Shown here in pieces: positions 19,133 through 29,704 of a stretch of 64,000 nucleotides of DNA. The notes beneath the pieces are model-generated. The model was given only the letters and a program-made list of their open reading frames with translations. It made no database searches and had not been told where the DNA came from. The position numbers and the translations under genes are program-made. The stretch lies in the IMG/VR virus record IMGVR_UViG_3300037277_000110, positions 9,800 to 73,799 of that record. One strand, given 5' to 3'. Positions within the stretch are counted from its first letter, which is position 1. The number at the start of each line of letters is the position of its first letter. This stretch comes from a virus.

Positions 19133-19821
19133 ACGCCTTGTTGTTTCTTATTTTCAATGTATTGTGTTAAATTAATATCTTTTAATGATGGAGCTAAGTA
19201 TCCAATAAACATCCTTAATAAATCAGCATGATAAGCTTCTTTCCATTCAAATTCAACTGAATTAGTCGAGTCATAAACATCAATCCCATTTTCCTGTTTT
19301 ACGGTATAAACCGGAGTTGATGGAAGCCTTAAATATGTAAAATCAACATTCATTAAATCTTTAGGATAAGTCTGAATGTAAGTATTATAAAATACGCATA
19401 TAGGATACCTGTCCTCCGGAGCGGTAATTGCGTTACTTAATCTATCAGATAATTCAGCATGAGTTATTGGCTCAACCGGGACAAAATACGATCTAGCGTC
19501 TTCAACATACAAATACATAATATCTGAATAATGAACATAATTTGAGGGCAAGGTTATTTTACCATTTGAATCTACAGTCTGATCATTTACATACACGATA
19601 AAAGGTTCCAAAGCTTCGGTGTTAGCCATTGACACCTGCCATCCACGTGATGTTATAGGTTGTCCTGGTTGCCATTGTTCGGGTAATCCTGTCCAAAGTT
19701 TAAAATAATCCAAATTAACTAATTGTAAAAAAAGATTAATACGATCAGGCCCCATTTTAGTATTTGGAGCTTTATCATTAATTATAGCCGAAGCGGATTG
19801 TATGAATTGTTTTAAAGTCAT
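19129..19821 (-). CDS. Tail ring protein (crAss gp73-like)
   Basis: 230 aa; LPSNY, YLRLP.TP, VEFEW...YH motifs. Confidence 0.65.
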   Translation of the reverse strand: MTLKQFIQSASAIINDKAPNTKMGPDRINLFLQLVNLDYFKLWTGLPEQWQPGQPITSRGWQVSMANTEALEPFIVYVNDQTVDSNGKITLPSNYVHYSDIMYLYVEDARSYFVPVEPITHAELSDRLSNAITAPEDRYPICVFYNTYIQTYPKDLMNVDFTYLRLPSTPVYTVKQENGIDVYDSTNSVEFEWKEAYHADLLRMFIGYLAPSLKDINLTQYIENKKQQGV

Positions 19822-22800
19822 AATGCTGCTGGTTTATATTCTATAGTTCCAAACTTAGCTGTAAAAATTCCAATACTAGCTGTACCTGTAATTTTTAGAA
19901 TATTATCTATTGTCCAATTTTTACTAGTTAAATCAAATATATAATTATTTAATACATGTAGAGTCTTTATAGAACCTCTCAACGTAGAAGAAGAAGTTCT
20001 GATTAATTCAGCTTCAATAATAGTTCTACCTGTAATAGCTGTAAGACTACCAATACTTATACTTGTTCCAGCAAAATAAAAATTAATTAATCCTGTAGTT
20101 GTACTACTATCAACTGTAATATACACACTTAGTTTATCTCCATCTGATGCTAATACATTAGCTGGAACTGTATAACTATATAAATCAGTTTCGCCAGTTC
20201 CACTAGTAGAAACATCTGTATAAAAATCTTTTAATATTCGAGGTGCAATAATCCATGATCTAACTCCTACATCATCAGTAGTTAAAGTATATTTACCAAT
20301 ATTATAGGAACCTCCAGGAGTTGTAAAACTAGCTTCAGATGATATCGCATAAACATACGTAGAACTTTGATATATCCTACTATTACTTGTATCAGTTACA
20401 GTTACAGTATACAATCCAGCAAGTACTACTGCTTCAGTTTTATTTGTTGATGTAAAACCGTCAGGCCCAATCCAAGAATAAGTTAATGTATGACTAAGAG
20501 GATTGTAAACATCAACATCTATAAATGATACTATATCTACAGCTCCTCCTACTAATTCAGTAGTTCCTACAATAGCATTATTAAATGCTTGTACACTTAC
20601 TACTGAAGCACTTGTAGAAGTTAATACTTCGTTTCCTCCACTATATAATTTTGTTGCATATAAATATCCATCATAATTTAACCTATTAATAGCAGTTGGA
20701 TTAACTCCCCCTCCGTACATTTTACCAGAACTAGCAACTCCACCAGCTTCAGTTTTATCAGTATATGGCCTATAAGCTACAGTTCCTAAATCGAATTTTA
20801 ATAGTCCGTCAGTTGGGGTCACCCCTCCACTGCCACCAGCATGATATAATCCATCTTCTCCAAGAAAATTAGAAGCGGAACCTCCGGTATTTAAAATAGA
20901 TGCTTTATTCCATGTAGTTTTATTTGCTGCTGTAATAGTTGTTACAGCAGTGTAACTTGTAAAATCAGTTTTTAAAGCATATCCAGTTAAAGTTGTAAGC
21001 TGAGTAAGAGTTATAGGCGAACCTCCATTAGCGTTTGAGTCACGAAATTCTAAATCATTTCCTGACGTCCTATGAATATAAACATCTGAAGATCCAAAAG
21101 CTAGACGTTTTATCGTATTTACATAAACGTCAGCATTAAATGTAATTGACTGATTTAAAAAATCACCATAAACTAAAGGAGTAGCTGTATTTGAATTAGC
21201 AATGTAAAGTAAATTACTTCCAGCTTCTAAATCACCAGCGTTAGGGCCTATTAATAAATTTGAATTTTCGTATCTAAAAAAGTTACTATCGAAATTATTT
21301 GCTATAATATGTCCGACAACATCTAATTCGGCAGTAGGCACCGGTTGATTAATTCCAACCATATTAGCTCCTGTACCATAATTAATAGTTGCCCCCACTT
21401 GGGCCCAAAAGTTAGTTGCCCCACTTACAAGTTGAGAAAGAGTTTTGGTATAATGATGATCTTTAAGAACTAAATCATTGGCTGAACGATATAATTTTAC
21501 ATCTCCCCAATGTCTAAATCCTGAACCCGATCCTGATCCTGAAGTTCCAATAAAATCAATTTCATCAAAAATCTGAACTATTCCCGCAATCTGATGTTGA
21601 GTATATAAAGTACTGGTATACTTGTCATAAAGTAAATTATTACTTCCTTCTGTAGCGGCTCCATTTATAAATACTACTTGTTTGTCAGATGTATTATGTA
21701 ATGTTACATATTTATAATTACCATCATCGGCTAAAAATTGAGTCCCTAAACCAGAATTAATGACATTTGCAGCTGCACTTGATGTGCTTAATGCATCAGT
21801 TATACCATATCCTGATAAAGTCGTAGACTTACCGGTTATTTTAGTTGTCCAATCCCATGTTTTAGCATCGACTTGAGTTTTTGTATAGGCATCAGTTATA
21901 CCATAGCCTGAAATAGTCGTAGGGATACCAGTCGTTATTTTACTCCAATCTAAAGAAGGAATATCGGAAGCTGATAAGTCTACTCCTGAAGTTACAAGTC
22001 CTTTTGAATCATAAGTTATCTTAGTATGTGTAGCCCCTGTTATTACAGTATTGGCTATTACACTATTGGTAATTCCATATCCGGCTAAAGTTGTTGGTTT
22101 ATTGGTTAAATTATCAAAATGTACCTGAGCCTGACCTGAAGTCTGTAAATTAGTTTTTGTATATACATTTCCTACTAATCCATAAGCTGATTCCCAATGT
22201 GTTATATTTGTAGCTGTGATAGCTCTTACTGAATCAAAAGCTGTAAAATCTATTTTTAAAACATCACCTTGACCTGCCGTATGCCAATTACCATCACCTC
22301 CCATGTAATCTGTTACATTTCCGGAAAGTTGTTTCAGCATACCGCCACTTAAGGTTGTAGCTAATCCAAAACTTAATACTTGGTTAACATTTATTGTTGC
22401 CCCAAAAGCATAAGTTGGACTTATGGATACTGGTAAATGAGTTGTTCCAACCCCGTGTGAACTAAATGGAATAACCTCTTCAGGGAAAATCATTGTTATT
22501 ACATCATTTAGCTGGACAAGGATATCAACAGCCTTGTTATAAGCCGTAGCTAAATCATTATAATATATTGCTAAGTCATATTCTGAATAAGAAGCTCCAA
22601 TTAAAAGTAATCTATCTTTTAGTCGGTAAGCCTCATCCCTGTCTTTATCCAGAGCTGTAAAATATCGTAATCTTAATACTTCAATATATCCACGAATCTG
22701 ATTCATGTCTATATTAAAAGCGGTTATCGTTTGAGTGTCGGTTATACTTACATTGATAATAAGACCATCTCCCATTGTATAAACTAAAACAGAAGTTACA

Positions 22801-23330
22801 GTTGAAGCCCATTCACCAGACCAAATATTAGGAGAATAGTCTATTGTCTGGTTAGAATTTGATGTAGTCGAAAGTGGACTCCCGGATGGTGGAATTACTG
22901 TATGAGTTCTTATTAAACTTGTGTAAGTACCATAAACCGTATCATCCCGTGATTCAAAAGTACTGTTATACCCATCAGGAGTTTGAGTTATTATAACTTC
23001 TGGAACTATGAAACTATAAGTATAGTTATTAGTTTGGGTCGAGATAGTAGTTACATCTTGTACTGAATATTGAACCGAATAAGCTCCGGCCAAAATAAAT
23101 CCAGCCTGATTTTGAGGTAATGGAATCCAAGGAGAATATAAACTAGTTGCCGGAGTTACATCAGGAGTTGTATAAGTTTGTGTATTATAAACTACTCCAC
23201 GAGGGGTTGTTAGTTTCAGTATGCCCTTAACATTATTTATATCAATTCCCTGTCCAGCATAATTTGTTGTATCCTGAATTCGGAATTTTCTCTGATTAAT
23301 GTCAAAATATGTTATAAACGATAAAGTCAT
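19818..23330 (-). CDS. Tail hub/fibre protein
   Basis: 1170 aa; three (K)PTT(L/I)xGYGITD-type tail-fibre repeats; Ig/PKD-like YSWIGPDGF...AGLYTVTVTD segment; Thr/Ser/Gly-rich. Confidence 0.75.
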   Translation of the reverse strand: MTLSFITYFDINQRKFRIQDTTNYAGQGIDINNVKGILKLTTPRGVVYNTQTYTTPDVTPATSLYSPWIPLPQNQAGFILAGAYSVQYSVQDVTTISTQTNNYTYSFIVPEVIITQTPDGYNSTFESRDDTVYGTYTSLIRTHTVIPPSGSPLSTTSNSNQTIDYSPNIWSGEWASTVTSVLVYTMGDGLIINVSITDTQTITAFNIDMNQIRGYIEVLRLRYFTALDKDRDEAYRLKDRLLLIGASYSEYDLAIYYNDLATAYNKAVDILVQLNDVITMIFPEEVIPFSSHGVGTTHLPVSISPTYAFGATINVNQVLSFGLATTLSGGMLKQLSGNVTDYMGGDGNWHTAGQGDVLKIDFTAFDSVRAITATNITHWESAYGLVGNVYTKTNLQTSGQAQVHFDNLTNKPTTLAGYGITNSVIANTVITGATHTKITYDSKGLVTSGVDLSASDIPSLDWSKITTGIPTTISGYGITDAYTKTQVDAKTWDWTTKITGKSTTLSGYGITDALSTSSAAANVINSGLGTQFLADDGNYKYVTLHNTSDKQVVFINGAATEGSNNLLYDKYTSTLYTQHQIAGIVQIFDEIDFIGTSGSGSGSGFRHWGDVKLYRSANDLVLKDHHYTKTLSQLVSGATNFWAQVGATINYGTGANMVGINQPVPTAELDVVGHIIANNFDSNFFRYENSNLLIGPNAGDLEAGSNLLYIANSNTATPLVYGDFLNQSITFNADVYVNTIKRLAFGSSDVYIHRTSGNDLEFRDSNANGGSPITLTQLTTLTGYALKTDFTSYTAVTTITAANKTTWNKASILNTGGSASNFLGEDGLYHAGGSGGVTPTDGLLKFDLGTVAYRPYTDKTEAGGVASSGKMYGGGVNPTAINRLNYDGYLYATKLYSGGNEVLTSTSASVVSVQAFNNAIVGTTELVGGAVDIVSFIDVDVYNPLSHTLTYSWIGPDGFTSTNKTEAVVLAGLYTVTVTDTSNSRIYQSSTYVYAISSEASFTTPGGSYNIGKYTLTTDDVGVRSWIIAPRILKDFYTDVSTSGTGETDLYSYTVPANVLASDGDKLSVYITVDSSTTTGLINFYFAGTSISIGSLTAITGRTIIEAELIRTSSSTLRGSIKTLHVLNNYIFDLTSKNWTIDNILKITGTASIGIFTAKFGTIEYKPAAL

Positions 23331-23392
23331 TTTTCATGTATTACTATTCCAAAAATAAGTAAAATAGTAATACATGTTTTTTAACATAAAAC

Positions 23393-23641
23393 TTATTCGT
23401 TATCAATAATAAAAATAACTCCATCAATAGTTAATTTTTCTTTTGCCCAACGCCAAGCATGATAAGATTTTTTTCGACCAGTTATTTTGCTTATTTTATC
23501 CTTACAGAAATTTGACTTTGTTTTAAGATTTAAAATAACTCCAATATGTTCAAAAATTTGAATTAAATCTGAGTTTTCTAATTCCCCATTATGGATGCAT
23601 TCTATTAATCTTTCCTTTATCTGTTCTGATCTTTCAGGCAT
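23393..23641 (-). CDS. Small hypothetical protein, possibly DNA-binding
   Basis: 82-aa ORF with a good initiation context. Confidence 0.5.
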   Translation of the reverse strand: MPERSEQIKERLIECIHNGELENSDLIQIFEHIGVILNLKTKSNFCKDKISKITGRKKSYHAWRWAKEKLTIDGVIFIIDNE

Positions 23642-23684
23642 GTTAATTTTTTTTAATTGTTGTTATTAGGGTGTTATACACAAC

Positions 23685-24275
23685 CTAAAAGAGCGTCCGT
23701 GCTTTTCTTTCGACTGTGCAAATTGTGTCATTATGTTGCCCTCCATGAGCAACCGTGAGAATCTCAATAATTTCAAATCCTTTTGTCTTACCTATCCCGT
23801 TGGTATTCCATCCGAATGAAATTACTATGCCATCAGGTTTCGTTATTCGTGCTATTTCCTTTTTTAAGTTGCCCCAAAAACTGGATTGTGTCGTTTGCAT
23901 ATTTACAGTTTTGCCAAGTTTTTTATAGCACTCACTTACTTGTCTTGGGCTGTATGGTGGGTCGTATAAAACAAAATCCACGCTATTGTCGGAAAATTGT
24001 TTTAAAAAGTCCAAAGCATCCATGCAATAATCAGCCTTCATTTCAGGGTCTAAATCATTGGTTATTTTAGCAATCCTGTTTTTGTTTGCAAATGGGTCTA
24101 TGCTTTCAAATTCGGGCTTAAAATATTTATATATCAATTTGCCAATACATTTAATATCAAAAGTATTTGAATTAGGCATCTCCCAAATACGTGAAAATAA
24201 AGGCTGTGTATAACACGGTATATAACCAATAGCGGTTTCCGTGGTTTGTGTTTGTTCAGTTGTATCTATATTCAT
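23685..24275 (-). CDS. Adenine-specific DNA methyltransferase (small phage type)
   Basis: IDPFAN (SAM-binding) and YDPPYS (amino-methyltransferase catalytic) motifs. Confidence 0.75.
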   Translation of the reverse strand: MNIDTTEQTQTTETAIGYIPCYTQPLFSRIWEMPNSNTFDIKCIGKLIYKYFKPEFESIDPFANKNRIAKITNDLDPEMKADYCMDALDFLKQFSDNSVDFVLYDPPYSPRQVSECYKKLGKTVNMQTTQSSFWGNLKKEIARITKPDGIVISFGWNTNGIGKTKGFEIIEILTVAHGGQHNDTICTVERKARTLF

Positions 24276-24337
24276 TCTACTAATTTGATAAGTTATTACT
24301 ATTTATCCGCTACTGGTCATATACCCAACGTTATATC
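24208..24337. mobile_element. attC-like imperfect palindrome bounding a gene cassette
   Basis: GTATAAC-ACGGTATATAACCAATAGCGG ... CCGCTACTGGTCATATACC-CAAC-GTTATAT; the inverted partner of its end, GTGTTATACACAACC, lies at 23671-23685. Confidence 0.55.
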
Positions 24338-24457
24338 AGATACAAATATATTAATTATTTTTAACATTACAAAACTTTAACCTTAAATTTTATTAACAAA
24401 AAAGCCCGATCAGAATAAATCCAACCGGGCCAACCAACAAACCAAATCAACGGGAAA

Positions 24458-25483
24458 CTAGACTGGTATTCCTTTTTCAAGCATTTCAGCTTCAATTTCT
24501 GGTCTTTTTTTCCCGTGTGTTTTTATCCCATTATCAATGGCTTTGGCTATTACTTCTCTTGATGTCATGTGCGAATATGGAGTAGTTACCTGAATATTTC
24601 CACCAATACATTTTTCAAGTGTCTGGAATAATTCAGCATTCATTCTTAAATGTTCAAACAAAACATCATGTTTTTCATTGAGTTGAACTGGAAGTACTGG
24701 TACAATATAATCTGTATATTCGCCAGTTGCTGAATCCAACCAGAACCAAGCATTTTGCTGTGCGTTAAAAGCAATTACTTTTTTGTCGATAGCTTTTTGC
24801 ATTAATGCCCTGAACTTAGTTATGGTATTTCCGTTACCTCTTACTTCATCCACAAATTCTGTAATACCACGTTTGGTAATATCTACATTCCGGTTAGATT
24901 CGGTTACAACATCTTTTAAACGAAGTTTTAGCTGATTCATTCCTAATTGTTGAGCATTCGGAATATTCCATGAAGAAGCTATATCTCTTAGTTTTTGAGG
25001 TTCTTCAAGTAATGGGCTCATTTCACTGAACAAATAGAAATTCAAGGCTGATTCAGCACTTATTTCAGTGATGACTTTTTCAGCTTCCTGTTCCAGATCT
25101 TCCAGACCAAATCCTATTTTAAGAAGGTTAGAAACATAGATTAAGAAATAAACTTTATCAGTTTCCCTTACAGGATCTAAATAAAGTTCACCATTGGTAA
25201 TTAAAATAGATCGAGTGGAAAATTTTAATTCCCCATCAACCATATTGGGCCTATTTTTGGTATATACCCAAGTTTCGGACATTCCATCTCTTATAATAGA
25301 ACCTTTAGTCGAAATAGTATAAGATGGGATAGGTTCTTTTACGCCTGTAGGATTAATCCCCGGTGTAGAAAGTAATTTTATTTTTAAAGGATTGGACATT
25401 TTTTGAATCTTTTCAAACTCCTTTTTAAGCCATGTCCATTCTGGCTTTTTTAGATCTACTAATTCATCATTGACATACAACAT
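24458..25483 (-). CDS. Conserved capsid-module protein (position of crAss gene 75)
   Basis: 341 aa, downstream of the major capsid gene. Confidence 0.5.
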   Translation of the reverse strand: MLYVNDELVDLKKPEWTWLKKEFEKIQKMSNPLKIKLLSTPGINPTGVKEPIPSYTISTKGSIIRDGMSETWVYTKNRPNMVDGELKFSTRSILITNGELYLDPVRETDKVYFLIYVSNLLKIGFGLEDLEQEAEKVITEISAESALNFYLFSEMSPLLEEPQKLRDIASSWNIPNAQQLGMNQLKLRLKDVVTESNRNVDITKRGITEFVDEVRGNGNTITKFRALMQKAIDKKVIAFNAQQNAWFWLDSATGEYTDYIVPVLPVQLNEKHDVLFEHLRMNAELFQTLEKCIGGNIQVTTPYSHMTSREVIAKAIDNGIKTHGKKRPEIEAEMLEKGIPV

Positions 25484-25499
25484 AGTTTCCCGTTTTTAA

Positions 25500-25799
25500 T
25501 TATATTTCCTTAATAATATAAGTCATTCCTGATCTCTTAAATATTAAACATGGCTCATATTTTTTAATTAATTCCTTAGTTTCTGGATCATTAAATTCTT
25601 TAATAAAATCACACCCAACATCCTTAAAATTTTTCATATTATTTTTACTAAGTGGTATAATCCAAATAGTAGGTGAAATCCCATTTGAAATAAGTTCAAT
25701 ATTTTTTAAATCCCAAAATTCCTCCCATATTTTTTTATTGAATTCTTCCATTTCGATTTTTAATTTTTCTTTCATTTCGATTTTTAATTTTTCTTTCAT
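25500..25799 (-). CDS. Hypothetical protein with a 24-bp N-terminal duplication
   Basis: MKEKLKIE repeated twice. Confidence 0.5.
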   Translation of the reverse strand: MKEKLKIEMKEKLKIEMEEFNKKIWEEFWDLKNIELISNGISPTIWIIPLSKNNMKNFKDVGCDFIKEFNDPETKELIKKYEPCLIFKRSGMTYIIKEI

Positions 25800-25816
25800 T
25801 GCTGCTTTTAGTTTAA

Positions 25817-26077
25817 TTATTCACACTTATCTGGATTTTCTTTAGTAAATCCATAATTATCATATTTGACACACTTATAAAATTCTCGTGCAACATGACG
25901 AACATCCTTAAAATCAAATAGTTTTTTTTCTTCGATTTTATTACGTTCAACTATTAAATTACAGGCCATTTCTAAACATTTTATCCTAATGTTTCGTTCT
26001 TCGATAGATTTTCTATCAAAAAAACTAGATGACAGAAGAATCAATTTACCAAATAAAAAAACTTTATATCCTTTCAT
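25817..26077 (-). CDS. Hypothetical protein
   Basis: 86 aa; RIKCLEMA...AREFY, similar to 62015..62224. Confidence 0.5.
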   Translation of the reverse strand: MKGYKVFLFGKLILLSSSFFDRKSIEERNIRIKCLEMACNLIVERNKIEEKKLFDFKDVRHVAREFYKCVKYDNYGFTKENPDKCE

Positions 26078-26125
26078 TATTTCCCGTTTTTAGTTTGTTA
26101 AAAGGGGTATTTCTACCCCTTCATT

Positions 26126-27583
26126 TTATGCAGTTTTATTAATTAAAACCATTTGATTTACCTTAGTGGCTACAAGCATGTTTTCTGACAACATGTAGCC
26201 TTCAATAGCATCATAATCGTTCATAACAGGAGCGGATTGACCACTCATACCATTTACGACTCCGACAACTCTCTGACGATTTTCACCCTTATCATTCAGG
26301 TAGCCTAACATCAAGTTTCCTAATTTAGCAGGAGCCTGTTCATCACCGATGGTAACTTTATTTTCTCCCATAGGAATCATGAATCCCATCGAACGAAATA
26401 CATCATTGTAAGATGACAAACCATAAGTATTAGGATTACTTAAGTTAGCGAATTCTTTTACAAGATAACGGAAAGACTGTTTACGAATACCTTTGAATTC
26501 AACACCAACTTCATTAATTTTAGTCATGATGTCTGTTTTTGAGAATTCTTTGATAAAGTCGTAAGCTCCGTTTTCAATATCACGATACAGAAGATCACCA
26601 ACACCGAATAACACATCCTGGGCAGTTACTCCATTATTGATCATTAATGGTTTGATATCATCCAAATCAGCCACTTCGTATTTGTCGAAGTAATTCTGTT
26701 TCTGAGCAAGTAATTGCATCCATTCAAGTAAACCACGAGATGCTAATATAGCAACAGATTCACTGTATTTATTGGTGTCTACTAACGAAGTATTATCGTT
26801 AAACTCACCAGTCCACAATGAATGGTTGATCTTTTTATTTAACAGGAATTCTGCCTGAAGGAAAGCTCTGTTATATAATCCAGAACCACCCCCTTTTAAT
26901 GCATAATCCAGATAATTTTCCTGAGCTAACATACCACCTTCTAAAGCAAAGGTTTCTTTGTTTATACCTGAATAGAATGTACGTTGTAAAGAACCATAAG
27001 TAGTTCCTGATGGCTGGCGAGTACCAGTTCCATAAGAATCCCTGGTTACTGCAAGTTTAGTCCCAATAGGAACTGCGGTTGCAATTTGAGCTGCTGTAAA
27101 TGACGTACCTGTCTTATTGAATGGCATGGCTACGAAAGTAAGAGTATTAGTTGTACCACTTACTGACATTACACGATATTCATACTCCTTAGCAGTATTA
27201 GTCTGATATGCACGAGGAATAAGAATAGAATCACCAACTCTTAATGGAGGATTGTTGTTAGTATCGTAATCGGCAGTTGAAATCTTGAATGAAATAGTTG
27301 CACCAGCAGCACCGGTAGCAATACCTACGCCAGTACCAATATCGGCAAGGGTAATAGGTTTTTCAATAGCTGCTTGTTCAAATATTTTAAGATTACGTCC
27401 CTTAATATTCATGGTATTACCCATTAAATTAAGGAATTCAAAAAGATCAAAAGAATTACCATATATATAGAATACTTCTTTCCAGATCTGAGGGACAAGT
27501 TCGAAAGAATAAATCGACTGCCATGCTTGCGTCCACGCACCGCTATGTAAATAACTGGTTGCGGGTGTTAAATTTGTTGCCAT
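26126..27583 (-). CDS. Major capsid protein (crAss-like)
   Basis: 485 aa; size and position after the portal and scaffold-like genes; SLWTGE, RGLLEW motifs; codon usage of a highly expressed gene; followed by a hairpin. Confidence 0.75.
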   Translation of the reverse strand: MATNLTPATSYLHSGAWTQAWQSIYSFELVPQIWKEVFYIYGNSFDLFEFLNLMGNTMNIKGRNLKIFEQAAIEKPITLADIGTGVGIATGAAGATISFKISTADYDTNNNPPLRVGDSILIPRAYQTNTAKEYEYRVMSVSGTTNTLTFVAMPFNKTGTSFTAAQIATAVPIGTKLAVTRDSYGTGTRQPSGTTYGSLQRTFYSGINKETFALEGGMLAQENYLDYALKGGGSGLYNRAFLQAEFLLNKKINHSLWTGEFNDNTSLVDTNKYSESVAILASRGLLEWMQLLAQKQNYFDKYEVADLDDIKPLMINNGVTAQDVLFGVGDLLYRDIENGAYDFIKEFSKTDIMTKINEVGVEFKGIRKQSFRYLVKEFANLSNPNTYGLSSYNDVFRSMGFMIPMGENKVTIGDEQAPAKLGNLMLGYLNDKGENRQRVVGVVNGMSGQSAPVMNDYDAIEGYMLSENMLVATKVNQMVLINKTA

Positions 27584-27601
27584 TTTTTTTAATTTTTAAG
27601 T

Positions 27602-28744
27602 TTAACCATTTCGGATGGCACTAATCCAAGATTCGGTTTGTTTTTCGACATCACCAATAGGGGCTACTTTATCAGATAAAGGATTTGTATTGTTTACTTT
27701 TTGATGCCATTCATCATCTTTCTGGGTAGCTATTGAAAGACCATAAGATTTCATCATTTTTGGCAATTGTTGTAAAGCAAATTTTCCTTTTATCATATCA
27801 AGGGAATCTTTTACTGTTTTTTCATTGACTTGCTGGCCAGTGTATGCAAGATAGTTAACCATATCCTGCTTTATAGCTTTTCTGTCTTCATCAGTATATT
27901 CAACCTGATATTTATAAATTTCCTTTAAATCACCCTTTTCATCGGTATCGAAAATTGTTAGTTCCTTAAAGTCTTGTAGTGCTTTATCCATTAACGGACT
28001 CCATTCTTGTTTTACTTGTTCAATTTTGGCATTTTCACGTGAAATCAACTCTGATTTCATTTTTTCTACATCAATTGGAAGTTGTGGCTCAACTTTCTGA
28101 AGATTCTTAAACTCAGTCTTAACCTTGTTAGCCTCTTTAGAAATTTTGTTTTTAGTCAGTGTGTCCCAACTTGACTTGTCATCGACATCAATACCAAACT
28201 CTGATGCTAACAATTCCCTTGCTCCGGCTTCTCCGCCTTCTATGTTTGGGTTTTGTAACATCTCGTTTAAAACAAGTAAATCAAAATTGTCCGTTTTATC
28301 TATATCTAGTGTGCTAATTTTAGTCATTAAGGTAACATCCTTATCCGGATATTTCTTTAACATTAAGTTAGTATGATAAACATCATCATTAGCGAAGAAG
28401 TCTTTAGGATTAATATATTTCCCTACTTCTTCGTATTTTTTTTGTAAGTCTGATAGATCCAACTTAGCCTTTTCATACTCTGTCAACTTACCTTCGTATT
28501 CGGTAACTTTGCCTTGTAAATCAAAAAGAGACTTTATTTCATCAGCTTTTTTAAATTCCTTGCCAAAATGCTTATTAAAATGGTCAAGATTGAATTCTAC
28601 AGGAGGATCATTGGCCGGTGGTTGATTATTTGGTTCTGCTGGTGGATCGACAGGAGGATTTGTATCTGTTGAAGGTGTTACATCTCCGGCAGGATTATCT
28701 CCTTTAAGTGAATATTGTTTAAATACGTTGTCTAATGTGTCCAT
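27602..28744 (-). CDS. Scaffolding-like protein (position of crAss gene 77)
   Basis: 380 aa; acidic Pro-rich N-terminus and coiled coils; immediately upstream of the major capsid gene. Confidence 0.6.
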   Translation of the reverse strand: MDTLDNVFKQYSLKGDNPAGDVTPSTDTNPPVDPPAEPNNQPPANDPPVEFNLDHFNKHFGKEFKKADEIKSLFDLQGKVTEYEGKLTEYEKAKLDLSDLQKKYEEVGKYINPKDFFANDDVYHTNLMLKKYPDKDVTLMTKISTLDIDKTDNFDLLVLNEMLQNPNIEGGEAGARELLASEFGIDVDDKSSWDTLTKNKISKEANKVKTEFKNLQKVEPQLPIDVEKMKSELISRENAKIEQVKQEWSPLMDKALQDFKELTIFDTDEKGDLKEIYKYQVEYTDEDRKAIKQDMVNYLAYTGQQVNEKTVKDSLDMIKGKFALQQLPKMMKSYGLSIATQKDDEWHQKVNNTNPLSDKVAPIGDVEKQTESWISAIRNG

Positions 28745-28810
28745 AATATATTTTTTAGTTTCCCTGCGACAAAATTATGTAAAAAAATAATACATGTTTT
28801 TAAACATATT

Positions 28811-29704
28811 TTATTGGTCTTGATTGTTAGTTTGAGCATCTAATCTGGCTTTAGCAATTTTCTGTTCTTCACCTGATAGATCATTGATATTTACTGTTTC
28901 AGTTCCATATTGTGCTTTTATGTCACTAGGAGCCCCATTAACCCCGATCCATTTCCGATATTCTCCTTCGTGAATTTGACGTTTAGAACCATCGTCATAT
29001 TCCATATAAAAATTCATTGGATTTTTTTGCTTATCTGTCCATACAACCTTACCATCATTATTTGTAGTTGTTCCTTTATTTTCTTCACGATATATTCTTG
29101 ATACAGTCCTGGTATATTGTTGTGGTTTTTTATCTTGACTCTGTAAATCGGTGTCACTTTCTACATAAGGATCTTCTTGAGTAGGATCATAATTAACAGT
29201 ACGTGAATAGTTAAGCTCAGTCTTACCGGTAACCGAATTGTCTTTTTTAGACTGCCACGAAACAGGATTCAGAGCTACTGCGTGCCTAGCTCCAACTTTC
29301 CATGTTTCAGGTTTAGTAGCATCTTCATTAGCCCCGAATAATTTTAAGTCTTTACCGTAATTTTTCTTTAAATAAACATATTTATCATAGTCTTCACCTA
29401 AAATTGCTTTTTGTTCATCAACACCTAATGATTTATCAAAATTTCTACCACCTTGCTTTTTTATATAATTTTCAGAACCGGATATTCTTGTATTAGGAGC
29501 CAGAGGTTTTTGAGGATTATAGCCATACTCTTTAACTAATTTATCGTAATTTTCAGGATCTTTTTTTCTTAGTTCCTCATTTAATTTTTGAGTATAGTAA
29601 TATAATTCAGATTGTTCATTAAGAGTTTGTTTTATAGTTTTACCCTTATATTTTTTATTCTGACTTTCTAATCCTTTTACAAATTCTTCGTGTGTATTAG
29701 GCAT
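28811..29704 (-). CDS. Hypothetical protein
   Basis: 297 aa, overlaps the portal stop codon. Confidence 0.6.
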   Translation of the reverse strand: MPNTHEEFVKGLESQNKKYKGKTIKQTLNEQSELYYYTQKLNEELRKKDPENYDKLVKEYGYNPQKPLAPNTRISGSENYIKKQGGRNFDKSLGVDEQKAILGEDYDKYVYLKKNYGKDLKLFGANEDATKPETWKVGARHAVALNPVSWQSKKDNSVTGKTELNYSRTVNYDPTQEDPYVESDTDLQSQDKKPQQYTRTVSRIYREENKGTTTNNDGKVVWTDKQKNPMNFYMEYDDGSKRQIHEGEYRKWIGVNGAPSDIKAQYGTETVNINDLSGEEQKIAKARLDAQTNNQDQ

